Made by a program: the position numbers and the translations under genes. Positions 45,125 through 53,603 of a DNA stretch of 64,000 nucleotides are shown in pieces (positions within the stretch are counted from its first letter, which is position 1; the number at the start of each line of letters is the position of its first letter). Under the pieces are notes generated by a model. That model saw only the letters and a list, made by a program, of their open reading frames with translations, did no database searches and was not told where the DNA came from. The stretch spans positions 57,190 through 121,189 of the IMG/VR virus record IMGVR_UViG_3300035703_000027. One strand, 5' to 3'. The DNA is from a virus.

Positions 45125-48100
45125 ATGACCACCATCCAGCGAGACGACTTCGACCCCACCCGCAAGGAGCTTGCGATCGCCTGGTCCGGCGATCGCGACC
45201 TCGGCGACCACGAGCTGCGCCGGCTCGGCCGCATCGAGGACTTCAAGCTGTCGCGGCTCGGCGGGGCGGTGTTTCCCGAGGGCTACGTCGTCGAGTCCGG
45301 GGTGCCCGTGGTGGCGCCCGTCACCAACCTGGCCTACCCGAGCAACGGTTTCGCCGCCTGGGAGGACGTGGACGGCCTGGTGGTGACGGCGGGCTACGCG
45401 CCGGATCGCGCGGGCGTGGTGGGGGCTGCCACCCGGCTGGTGGGCGCGGCGGGCCAGGCCTCGCGCCTGGACCTCGACCTGTCGGTGCTGTCGGCGGGTG
45501 CCGGCGGGCCGGACCGGGCCATGTTCGTCTCCAACCGCATGGTGTTCTCGCTGGACATCCTGGGAGACGGCGTTGCCAGCATGCGGCTCGCCATCTGGGA
45601 CGGCGTGACGGAGCACACGGCCACGCACGTGCCGACGACGACGTGGGCGCGCTACGCGGTGGTGCGGGAGCGCCCGGCGTCCGAGGCGCTGCCGGACACG
45701 CTGGTGCTGCGCATCTACCCGGGCCTCGCGCCGCTGTCGGGCAGCATCGTGGTGGCGCATGCCCAGCTCGAAGCCCTGCCCGAGGGGCTGCTGCTGGTGC
45801 CCTCGGTCTACGTGCCGACCACCACGGCGCCCGTGACGGCGCCCGGCAACCGGGTGAGCATCGGCGCCAGCCTGGTGTATGCCGGTGGCCTGCCGCGGCC
45901 GGTGCCGGCGGCGACGCTGACGTTCGACCCGGCAAAGGTGACGGGCGTGGACACCCTCTACGCGGAGCTGGCCGAGCGCTATATCCTCGCCATGGTGGAC
46001 GCGGACCTCGACAACCCGGTCACGGGGCGCCCGGGCAACGACAGCGTGCGCGAAGAAACGCGCTGGGTCACGACGGACACGACGAACCCGGTGGTGCCGG
46101 CGGACGTGCTGGCGACGAACCCGCAGTACCGCAGCCGGCTGGCGGTGCCGGTCTACCAGTTCGACCGCGCCACCAACACGCTGTCCGAGGTCGCGAAGTA
46201 CAGCAAGGTGGCGGTGGACGACACCTTGGGCCTGCTGCCGGGCGACCGCATCACGCCGCGGAGCATCCCGGAAGATCGCCTCGACGTGAAGGCGACGGAG
46301 GGCCAGTCCGGCCTGCTCGCGGCGACGGCGCGCCGGATGCGCAACCTGTCCGGGGGCTTCGTGGTGCCGCAGGTGGGCACTACGCCGACCATCACGCAGA
46401 ACATGGGCGTGACCACCAAGGTGCAGCTCAAGGTGGACCCCCTCGACGGCTACACGCCGGACGGGCGGGCGCACTACCTCGACACGCCCCAGGTGGTGGA
46501 GGCGCCGCTCCAGGCCAGCACGGCGCTGCGCGAGGACGAGGGGCACACGTACTACGCGACCTACACGTCCTACACGCTGGCGAAGCAGCCCGTGGTGGCG
46601 ATCGAAGAGGTGGCCGGCTACTACGAGGTGACGCGGACGATCACGCGCGGGGCAGCGGCCCACGGCGCGGACGCGCTGCCGGACACGCCCGTGTTCGAGA
46701 TCGTGGAGGTCAAGCAGGGCGCGACGGTCTACACGCCGCCCTCGGCGGGCGTCGCGGGCGACTACATGCAGGTGGGGGACAGCATCTCGTGGGCGAGCGA
46801 GGGCGGCGGGCCGGCGGTCGGGGCGGTGTACCTGAACCCCGTGCGGGTCGCGACCACGGCGGCGTTGCCTGCCAACACGCGCTCCGGCAACGTGCTGACG
46901 GCGAGCGCGAACGGCTCGCTGCCGGCGGTGGACGGCGTGGCGCTGGCCGTGGGCGAGCGCGTGCTGGTGCGCAACGAGGTGAACGGGGCGCACAACGGCA
47001 TCTACACGGTCACGGCCCTCGGCGGGACGGGGGCGGCCTGGAGCCTGACGCGGGCGGCGGACGCCGACACGGGCGCGGAGCTGCCCCCGGGCATCGCGGT
47101 GAGCGCCACGGAAGGCACGGCGAATGGTGGGGCGTCGTTCGCGCTGGTGGCGAGCGACCCCGTGACGGTCAACACGACGGTGCTGGCGTGGGCCCGGGCA
47201 TCGCGGGAGCCAGCGGCGGGCTCGTCCTACCTGGTGCGCTACCGCTACCGGCGGGTGTGGAGCCCGTCGGAGTACACGTTCACCAGCACGGGCCTCACGT
47301 TCAACGCGGACGCCCCCAAGCCGGTGGAGCCGCTGCCCTTCAGCGTGTCCTACCGCTACGGGCAGGACCGCATCGACCTGGTGCTGATCGGCGGGGGCGG
47401 GCTGCGGCTGGAGCAGGGGGTGCCTTCGGACAACCCGACGCCCTACACGCTCGCAACGGACGAGCTGCCGCTGTGGGAGGTCCGTGTGGGCTACGCGCAG
47501 GCGGCCGTGACGTTCCGGCCGCGCTTCACGGTGGGCGTGCCGATGGCGGGCCTGATGGCGATGCAGGAGCAGATCGACCGGCTGGCGTACAACGTGGCGC
47601 AACTCTCGGCGAGCAGCAGCCTGCGGGATCGGCTCGGCACGCTCAAGGCGAGCATCACGGACCCCTTCCTCGACGCCCGGCAGATTGACCTGTACCACCC
47701 GGCGGCGGTGGCGGCGGCCTCGCTCGCGCGGGTGGCGGAGGGCCGCCTGAAGATGGCTCGGACGGGCTACCCCGCAGCAGGCACGCCGGCCATCCTGGCG
47801 ACGATCGCCGGGTCTGGCGCAGCGACGACCAGCATGGCGTTGCGGCTGCGCGGTTCCTGGGCGGGGCTGCCGTTCACGCTGGGGACGCCGGCGAGCCTCG
47901 GGAACCATCAATATTCGACCAGCGTCAGTGTCAACCCTTACAGCAACGCGGACCCCATCCCGGCGGTGCTGACCGTCTCCGCGGTGGTCTGGGGGAGTCC
48001 GCGCGCATCCTTCGACGCTGCGCTGACCATCACGGGCACAAAGTTCCAGCCTAACGAAGATGGCATCGTGATTGCAGCGGACGGCGTGACCATCGCGACG

Positions 48101-49321
48101 GTGACGGCCAACGCGCGCGGCGAGTTCTACACGACGGTGACGCGCACCTGGAACGCCAGCACCATCGTCACCGCGACGGGCCCGATCGGGTTTGCGTCGC
48201 AGCCCATCAACGGGTCCGTGCAGTGGGTGCGGACGGACCCCGCGGCACAGACGTTTGCGACGGAGGTGCCGATCGACATCGCGGGCGTGGATCTGTACTT
48301 CACGGCCAAGGACACCTCGGCGTCGCCCAAGGACGTGGTGGTGGGGCTGCGGCGGGTGCTGGTGGGCTTCCCGACCCAGGAGATGATCCCCGTGACGGTC
48401 AAGACGCTCAAGGCGAACGAGATCGCCGTGAACGGGACGGCCACCCGGGTGGAGTTCGACTTCCCCTACAGCATGGCGGCCGGGGAGGCCCTCGCGCTGG
48501 TGGTGGCCTCGGAGTCTCCGGCCTACCGGCTTCAGGTCGCGCAGCTCGGCAAGACGAACCTCGGCGTGGGCGGCGGCACCATCACGCGCAACGCGTTCGG
48601 GGGCGGCGTGCTGCTGCTGAGTTCGGACAACCGGACGTGGAGCGCGGTCCAGGACCAGGATCTCCGGTTCCAGATTCTCTCGGCGGACTACACGACGGCG
48701 ACGCGGCGCGAGCTGTACTTCGAGGTCAAGGCGTACCCGGACGGCATCACGAGCTTCGAGTTCGAGGCGCCGCACGTCGTCACGTCGGGCGCGACGCTCC
48801 AGTGGGAGTACAGCACGAACCCGACGGCCGCGGCGCCGACGTGGACGCCGTTCACGCCGGGCTTCCCGGGGCCGGTGAACGAGGTGCGGCTCGGGGCGGT
48901 GGCGACCAGCTTGCAGGTGCGCGCGTGGGCGCAGACGGCCGTGCCTGTGGCGGGGCGGTTCGTGGCGGGTGTCGCGATCGAGACGAGCAAGTGCTCGCTG
49001 CGGGCCTACCGGCCGGCGACGGCCTCGGTGTACGTCCAGGTCCAGACGCCTCTGCTGGCGAGCACGACGACGGCCAAGGCCTTCGGCAAGAGCTTGCTGC
49101 CGGCCGGCACGCAGGTGCAGGCCTACGCGAGCAACGACGACGGCACGACATGGGTGGAGGGCACGCTGGCGTCGAGCCGGGCGCTGGCGGACGGCCTGAC
49201 GGAGCAAGAGTGGTCCTTCACGTTCGCGAGCGCGGGCACGGCCTTCCGCGGGCGGCTGGATCTCGTCGGGACGGCGACGGCAAGCCCGGAGGTGGAGGAG
49301 ATCAGCTTCGTCGTGACGTGA
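45125..49321 (+). CDS. Large baseplate/receptor-binding protein, DUF4815-like
   Basis: N-terminus DDFDP..K......EL..L......G...F.EG; QTF...I..VDLYF; third copy of the fibre module at about 46840-47200. Confidence 0.7.
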   Translation: MTTIQRDDFDPTRKELAIAWSGDRDLGDHELRRLGRIEDFKLSRLGGAVFPEGYVVESGVPVVAPVTNLAYPSNGFAAWEDVDGLVVTAGYAPDRAGVVGAATRLVGAAGQASRLDLDLSVLSAGAGGPDRAMFVSNRMVFSLDILGDGVASMRLAIWDGVTEHTATHVPTTTWARYAVVRERPASEALPDTLVLRIYPGLAPLSGSIVVAHAQLEALPEGLLLVPSVYVPTTTAPVTAPGNRVSIGASLVYAGGLPRPVPAATLTFDPAKVTGVDTLYAELAERYILAMVDADLDNPVTGRPGNDSVREETRWVTTDTTNPVVPADVLATNPQYRSRLAVPVYQFDRATNTLSEVAKYSKVAVDDTLGLLPGDRITPRSIPEDRLDVKATEGQSGLLAATARRMRNLSGGFVVPQVGTTPTITQNMGVTTKVQLKVDPLDGYTPDGRAHYLDTPQVVEAPLQASTALREDEGHTYYATYTSYTLAKQPVVAIEEVAGYYEVTRTITRGAAAHGADALPDTPVFEIVEVKQGATVYTPPSAGVAGDYMQVGDSISWASEGGGPAVGAVYLNPVRVATTAALPANTRSGNVLTASANGSLPAVDGVALAVGERVLVRNEVNGAHNGIYTVTALGGTGAAWSLTRAADADTGAELPPGIAVSATEGTANGGASFALVASDPVTVNTTVLAWARASREPAAGSSYLVRYRYRRVWSPSEYTFTSTGLTFNADAPKPVEPLPFSVSYRYGQDRIDLVLIGGGGLRLEQGVPSDNPTPYTLATDELPLWEVRVGYAQAAVTFRPRFTVGVPMAGLMAMQEQIDRLAYNVAQLSASSSLRDRLGTLKASITDPFLDARQIDLYHPAAVAAASLARVAEGRLKMARTGYPAAGTPAILATIAGSGAATTSMALRLRGSWAGLPFTLGTPASLGNHQYSTSVSVNPYSNADPIPAVLTVSAVVWGSPRASFDAALTITGTKFQPNEDGIVIAADGVTIATVTANARGEFYTTVTRTWNASTIVTATGPIGFASQPINGSVQWVRTDPAAQTFATEVPIDIAGVDLYFTAKDTSASPKDVVVGLRRVLVGFPTQEMIPVTVKTLKANEIAVNGTATRVEFDFPYSMAAGEALALVVASESPAYRLQVAQLGKTNLGVGGGTITRNAFGGGVLLLSSDNRTWSAVQDQDLRFQILSADYTTATRRELYFEVKAYPDGITSFEFEAPHVVTSGATLQWEYSTNPTAAAPTWTPFTPGFPGPVNEVRLGAVATSLQVRAWAQTAVPVAGRFVAGVAIETSKCSLRAYRPATASVYVQVQTPLLASTTTAKAFGKSLLPAGTQVQAYASNDDGTTWVEGTLASSRALADGLTEQEWSFTFASAGTAFRGRLDLVGTATASPEVEEISFVVT

Positions 49322-49323
49322 CC

Positions 49324-49364
49324 TGGCAAAAGGCGCGCCGCACGGTCGGGGTCGGGTCTACGCT
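49324..49364 (+). promoter_or_regulatory. TGGCAA-class promoter TGGCAAA-N28-TACGCT (lysis cassette)
   Basis: Exact spacing; AAGGAGG SD and ATG 49397. Confidence 0.7.
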
Positions 49365-49396
49365 GGATCCGCACCGAGGCCAAGCAAGGAGGGCGC

Positions 49397-49804
49397 ATGC
49401 TGCCGGAGGGTACGGTCGTGGGGCTGATTCAGACGATCGGCGCGCAGGTGGGCGATTTCACGCCCTACTGGGGGCTGCTGGGGCTCAAGGGGCTCGACGT
49501 GGTGACGGGCCTGGCGCGGGCGGTGGCGCAGCGGAACATCGAGCCGCGCCGGCTGCTGGCGCTGCCGGCGTCCATCGGCGTCATCACGGTGGCGATCGGG
49601 CTGTGTTTGGGGCTCAAGGCCATCGACCCGGCGTTCGGGCCGGTGGTGGCGGCGGTGATGGTGGCGATGGGGACCGCGGAGGGCGCGAGCATCGCGCAGA
49701 ACGTGCACGACTGGTACGTGGCGCGCGGCGAGGTGCCGCCCGCGTGGTTGCAGGCGGCGACGGCCGTCATCAAGACGATGGAGGTCAAGAAGCCCGATGC
49801 CTGA
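49397..49804 (+). CDS. Holin (phage holin 4_1 / TcdE-like)
   Basis: Three transmembrane segments; LD..TG..RA and EG.SI..N motifs; upstream of the endolysin. Confidence 0.8.
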   Translation: MLPEGTVVGLIQTIGAQVGDFTPYWGLLGLKGLDVVTGLARAVAQRNIEPRRLLALPASIGVITVAIGLCLGLKAIDPAFGPVVAAVMVAMGTAEGASIAQNVHDWYVARGEVPPAWLQAATAVIKTMEVKKPDA

Positions 49805-50477
49805 CGACGTGTTGCAGCTCGACGCCCGGGGACAGTTCGGCAAGAAGGGCAGCGCCAAGGTGGGCAAGCACACGGTGCTGCTCGCGGCGGAGAACGACCA
49901 GGCCGGTCAGGCGATGGGCGACGTGGAGGGGCTGTGCTTCCACTGGAGCGCCGGGCGCCGCATCACGGCCTGGGATGGCTACCACGGCGGCGTGGCGGCC
50001 TCGCCGGACGGCCTGGTGCCCATCGTGGTGCAGTGCCTCGGCTGGAACCAGAAGGGCAAGCATTTGTGGGGCCGCAACGGGTCCTACTGGGGCATGTCGC
50101 TGTTCGGCTGCAAGGACATGGGGTGGGCGGGCGACCGTCGCATCACGTGGCCGGGGCCCGAGGCGCCGACGCCCGAGATGTTGGAGGCGCTGGCCGTCTA
50201 CGCGGCGGAGGTGTGCGCCTGGAAGAACCTCGACCCGCGGGGCAGCCATGAGGCGCCGCACCTGGTGCGGCAGGGGGAGCGGCTGGTGCCCTCGGGGCGG
50301 ACGATTCGCATGCCCAACCTGAGCGACCACAAAGACTGGGCCGAGAAAGACGGTTACGCGAGCGACCGCGGGGACATCGGGGCCTACAAGGCGCCGCTGT
50401 TCGCCCGCATCGTGGCGGTGTACACGGAGCTGAAGGCCAACAAGCGGCAGTTCCGGCACCAGGCGCTGCTCAAGTAG
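49797..50477 (+). CDS. Endolysin, N-acetylmuramoyl-L-alanine amidase (Amidase_2-like)
   Basis: FHWSAG, YH, HLWGRN, PT.EM.EAL, DHKD zinc-amidase motifs. Confidence 0.8.
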   Translation: MPDDVLQLDARGQFGKKGSAKVGKHTVLLAAENDQAGQAMGDVEGLCFHWSAGRRITAWDGYHGGVAASPDGLVPIVVQCLGWNQKGKHLWGRNGSYWGMSLFGCKDMGWAGDRRITWPGPEAPTPEMLEALAVYAAEVCAWKNLDPRGSHEAPHLVRQGERLVPSGRTIRMPNLSDHKDWAEKDGYASDRGDIGAYKAPLFARIVAVYTELKANKRQFRHQALLK

Positions 50478-50882
50478 ATGGGCGCCGGGGGCAGCGAGGG
50501 GTCGCCCTGCGCGCTGTGCGGGCGGGTGTTCGCGGCGCGTGCGCGCCACCAGCGGTTTTGCAGCACGCCGTGCCGGATGCGGGCGCGGTTCGTGGTGGGG
50601 ATCGCGCCGGCGCGGCCGGAGCGGGCGCCGGTGGCCTACGCGTGCGCGGGGTGCGGGACGATCTACCCGAGCAAGGCGCAGGTGGCGGCCTGTGTGGAGT
50701 GTGAGCGGCGGGAGCATGCGCTGGTGCGGGTGGTGCCCGGGCCGGACGCGTGCGTGCAGTGCCTGCACTGGGTGGTGTACCCGGGGGCGGACTACGGCTA
50801 CGCGTGCGCGCAGGGCCGGTTCTTGGCGTGCCGGCCGCACCGGCCGGGGGCGAAGCCTTACGCGCCGCGCGCTGGCAAATAG
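50478..50882 (+). CDS. Cys-rich Zn-finger protein
   Basis: CALC...FCS..CR, CAGC, CVEC, CVQC. Confidence 0.5.
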   Translation: MGAGGSEGSPCALCGRVFAARARHQRFCSTPCRMRARFVVGIAPARPERAPVAYACAGCGTIYPSKAQVAACVECERREHALVRVVPGPDACVQCLHWVVYPGADYGYACAQGRFLACRPHRPGAKPYAPRAGK

Positions 50883-50913
50883 GGGCGGGCGCCTGCGGGC
50901 GCGCGGCTATACT
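50873..50913 (+). promoter_or_regulatory. TGGCAA-class promoter TGGCAAA-N28-TATACT
   Basis: Exact spacing; GGGGAGG SD and ATG 50935. Confidence 0.7.
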
Positions 50914-50934
50914 CGGACCACAGGGGAGGTTCAC

Positions 50935-51303
50935 ATGGCAGAGCAGTTTCGCGCCCGCGACGTAGGCGGCTCCGGCCGCACGCAGCTCAGTCCCGAGGGG
51001 TGGGCCCAGCAGGGCGTGGTGATCGGGGATCGCTACTGCTACGCGTGGGAGGGGGCCGTCACGACGGCGGTCACGTCCTTCAAGTTTTATGAACCCGTCC
51101 GCACCTTGGTGGTGTGGTCGCCGGTGGCGGTGTACGTGGCGCGCACGGCGCTGGCGCTGGACGTGGCGGGCAACGCCAAGAGCCGCGACAGCCGCCTGCT
51201 GGTGCCGGCGAACACGCTGCGGGAGCTGCCCTGGTACTACGACGAGGTGAGCGTGAAGGCGGCCTCGGGGGCCGGTGAGTGCTACATGGAGGGCAAGCTC
51301 TGA
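50935..51303 (+). CDS. Hypothetical beta-rich (possibly virion) protein
   Basis: Strong SD; preceded by the TGGCAA-class promoter. Confidence 0.6.
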   Translation: MAEQFRARDVGGSGRTQLSPEGWAQQGVVIGDRYCYAWEGAVTTAVTSFKFYEPVRTLVVWSPVAVYVARTALALDVAGNAKSRDSRLLVPANTLRELPWYYDEVSVKAASGAGECYMEGKL

Positions 51304-51674
51304 TGCCGACCAAACACAGCGTGGTGGGCGCCGCGGTGACGGCCCTGGGCTACAGCGTGGCGGGTGCCGGGGTGGCAGCGGCGGCGCAGGTGCCAGCGGT
51401 GACGCCGGTGCTGACGTGGGGGGACGTGACGGGGCTCGCGTCGGTGATGCTCGGGCTGATGGTGGCGCTGGCGGGCACCATCTGGACGCTGCACCAGAAG
51501 GAGATCGGGACGTTGCAGGCGGGGCTCGCGCACCTGACTGAGAAGTCCGACCTGATCCAATCCAGCATCAACGCGCTGGCCGTGACGCTGGCGGGCGACT
51601 ATCCGAAGCGGGCGGAGGTCGAGCGGATGCGTTCGGAGATGCGGCAGGAGCTGCGGGAGGAGCTGCGGCGTTGA
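51303..51674 (+). CDS. Membrane protein with C-terminal coiled coil (holin- or spanin-like)
   Basis: Two hydrophobic segments plus heptad repeats. Confidence 0.55.
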   Translation: MPTKHSVVGAAVTALGYSVAGAGVAAAAQVPAVTPVLTWGDVTGLASVMLGLMVALAGTIWTLHQKEIGTLQAGLAHLTEKSDLIQSSINALAVTLAGDYPKRAEVERMRSEMRQELREELRR

Positions 51675-52117
51675 GCGCCGCCCGGCTGCGGTTCTTCGTG
51701 CCCGGGGTGCCCGTGAGCTTCCGGGGGGCCTACGGCGCGTCGCGGCGGCCAAGCCGGGCCGCGATCGCCTACCGGCAGGACGTGGTGGCCTGCTACCGCC
51801 TCGCGGCGGCACAGGATCAGCGCAACATCTTCTCGGCATGCGCCCCGCACCTGGGCCCGGTGGGTCTGCTGCTGGAGGTGGCCGGGAGCCGCGCGGACTG
51901 GGACAACGTGGGCAAGGAGATCAGCGATGCGCTGGCCGGCTGGGCCTATGGCGACGACAGCCAGGTCGTCAACGCCAAGGTAAAGTTTTGTGACAGAGTA
52001 TTGAATCAGGCCGGGGCTGTATGTCGGTCAAAACGCGGTTTCCCGGCCGGCGTGCATGTGACGCTCGTGTTATGGAATATTGCGCAACAAGACGACGAGA
52101 CAATCAAGAGCGGCTAA
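51671..52117 (+). CDS. rusA: RusA-like Holliday junction resolvase
   Basis: FFVPGVPVS, DWDNVGKEISDAL, AYGDDSQVV. Confidence 0.85.
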   Translation: MSAARLRFFVPGVPVSFRGAYGASRRPSRAAIAYRQDVVACYRLAAAQDQRNIFSACAPHLGPVGLLLEVAGSRADWDNVGKEISDALAGWAYGDDSQVVNAKVKFCDRVLNQAGAVCRSKRGFPAGVHVTLVLWNIAQQDDETIKSG

Positions 52118-52142
52118 TGGCGTGCGTTCCGGCGATTTCTGA

Positions 52143-52171
52143 ATTGTAAAGACGTGTGATTCTCGTCACAA
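52143..52171 (-). promoter_or_regulatory. Leftward sigma70-like promoter TTGTGA-N17-TACAAT
   Basis: Correct spacing and good -10; overlaps the CRP box. Confidence 0.5.
52155..52170. promoter_or_regulatory. CRP-family binding site TGTGA-N6-TCACA
   Basis: Perfect consensus core in an AT-rich intergenic region. Confidence 0.6.
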
Positions 52172-52273
52172 AAGTTAAACCGAGATTTGAACCAACCCCG
52201 GGTGCTTGTGTGGTAAAAAAGTACACGTGTCCAGCGGCCAACCACCCCGGACGTGAAGCAACTTGAAGCAATC

Positions 52274-52303
52274 TCGACAGATTTAGAACGCTTGTTCTAT
52301 AAC
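52274..52303 (+). promoter_or_regulatory. Promoter TCGACA-N18-TATAAC containing a Gram-positive-type LexA box TAGAAC-GCTT-GTTCTA (52284-52299)
   Basis: GAAC-N4-GTTC palindrome between -35 and -10, upstream of the replication genes. Confidence 0.65.
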
Positions 52304-52425
52304 TGATCGCGATCGATTTTCACCCCGACCCCGCAGTACCCCAACAGAAACGCGCCGGCCCCCGCTTTTCCCGAACGCAGGCCGACGCGCTTCCCAAGGC
52401 ACCCGCGCCCCGAGTAACCAGCTCG

Positions 52426-52725
52426 GTGGCGATGGGCACGCCTCATGGTAGCACAATGCAACCCCATGAGACACTCCATGAGCCGCTGCATGGTTATGCC
52501 GGCGTTTCGTCGTGTGCCGCTGACGCGTCTGTGATGGCGGCCACGGCGCCGGAGTTTTCGGCGCTGGTGGCGCAGGCCGAGGGCCTGCGGGCGTCGCTCG
52601 CGGCGCTGGAGGCGCGGCTGGTGGTCGCGGCTGCCACGCACGGCGTGAAGGGCATCCACCGGCTGGCGGAGGCCACCGGGGTGCCAGCCCGGGTGGTGCG
52701 GCGCGTGCTGCGGGAGGGGGCATGA
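52426..52725 (+). CDS. Small HTH protein (start uncertain, alternative 52534)
   Basis: IHRLAEATGVPARVVRRVL; coupled to the initiator gene. Confidence 0.55.
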   Translation: MAMGTPHGSTMQPHETLHEPLHGYAGVSSCAADASVMAATAPEFSALVAQAEGLRASLAALEARLVVAAATHGVKGIHRLAEATGVPARVVRRVLREGA

Positions 52726-53603
52726 TGCGTCGCACGGCCTTCACGCGGATGCCCAACGAGCTGCTCGACGCCCTGGCGGCCGGCCGGCTGAACGCGCGCG
52801 AGATGCGCGTGGTGCTTGCCGTGCTGCGCCGCAGCGCCGGCTACAACCGCGGGCAGGCCGTCATGGCCACCCATGAGGTGGCCGCGGCGGCCGGGATGGA
52901 CCCCCAGCAGGTGCGGCTGGTGCTCGCGCGCCTCGTGGCGCTCGGGGCCCTGCACGTCACGGGCACGACGACGGGCAAGGCGCCCCTGACGCTGCACCTG
53001 CACCCGCCGGCCGCCTGGCGCGACGCCGCGCCGCCGGCGGCGGCCTCCGCCGATGCCGGTGGGTATGGGCCCGGGTATGGCGAAGGGTATGCCGGGGGGT
53101 ATGCACCCGGGTATGCGCCCGGGTATGGCGACGGGTATGCGCCCGGGTATGAAACGCAACAAAACGCAGGCCCGAAACCCGCGCCGTCAGGCGATCGCGG
53201 CGAGCCTAAAGACAAGAAAGACAGAAAAACAGAAAAACAGAAAGACATGTCCCCCACACCCCCAGGGGGGGGTGGTGTGCTTTACCGCGGTCACGACGAT
53301 GTGGACACGCCCCCGTCGCTGGCTGCCTGCAAGGCGGCGTTCGACGCCTGGAAGCGAATCGTCGGGGCGGCGGTGCTGCCGCGCTGGCGTTACGACGACA
53401 TCCGCAACGCGGTGGAGGCCTCCGGCCTGACGCCGGAGGCCTGGGCCGCGCAGGTGCAGGCGCTGGTGGCCGAGCGCCGCGCGCGGGAGCCCCGCTGGCA
53501 GGTGACGAGCCCGGCGTATTTCCACCGCGCGGTGCTGGAGCGCGCCGGCGGCGTGGCGACGGCCGAACCCGAGGACGACTACTATGCCCGATTTGACGAC
53601 TGA
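52722..53603 (+). CDS. Replication initiator, lambda O / replisome-organiser-like
   Basis: FTRMPNELLDAL...REMRV.LAV.R...GY N-terminus; internal iterons; adjacent loader ATPase. Confidence 0.85.
   Translation: MMRRTAFTRMPNELLDALAAGRLNAREMRVVLAVLRRSAGYNRGQAVMATHEVAAAAGMDPQQVRLVLARLVALGALHVTGTTTGKAPLTLHLHPPAAWRDAAPPAAASADAGGYGPGYGEGYAGGYAPGYAPGYGDGYAPGYETQQNAGPKPAPSGDRGEPKDKKDRKTEKQKDMSPTPPGGGGVLYRGHDDVDTPPSLAACKAAFDAWKRIVGAAVLPRWRYDDIRNAVEASGLTPEAWAAQVQALVAERRAREPRWQVTSPAYFHRAVLERAGGVATAEPEDDYYARFDD
53061..53246 (+). repeat. Probable replication origin: 8 x 12-bp GGGTATGnnnnn iterons plus an A-rich tract
   Basis: GGGTATG at 53061, 53073, 53085, 53097, 53109, 53121, 53133, 53145; A-rich AGAAAAAC/AGAAAGAC repeats at 53206-53246. 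Confidence 0.8.

Noticed and set aside
45041-49207. 1388-aa antisense ORF, and similar long reverse or alternate-frame ORFs (5665..7446, 27440..29272, 18983..20653)
   Set aside because: Shadow ORFs of real genes in high-GC DNA; Arg/Pro/Ala-rich, no SD, no motifs
17394-50879. TGGCA elements read as sigma54 (-24/-12) promoters
   Set aside because: No TTGC at the required distance; a TAnnnT box lies 35 nt downstream instead
53061-53156. Short regular repeats as a CRISPR array
   Set aside because: 12-bp period with no unique spacers, in-frame within a gene, no cas genes
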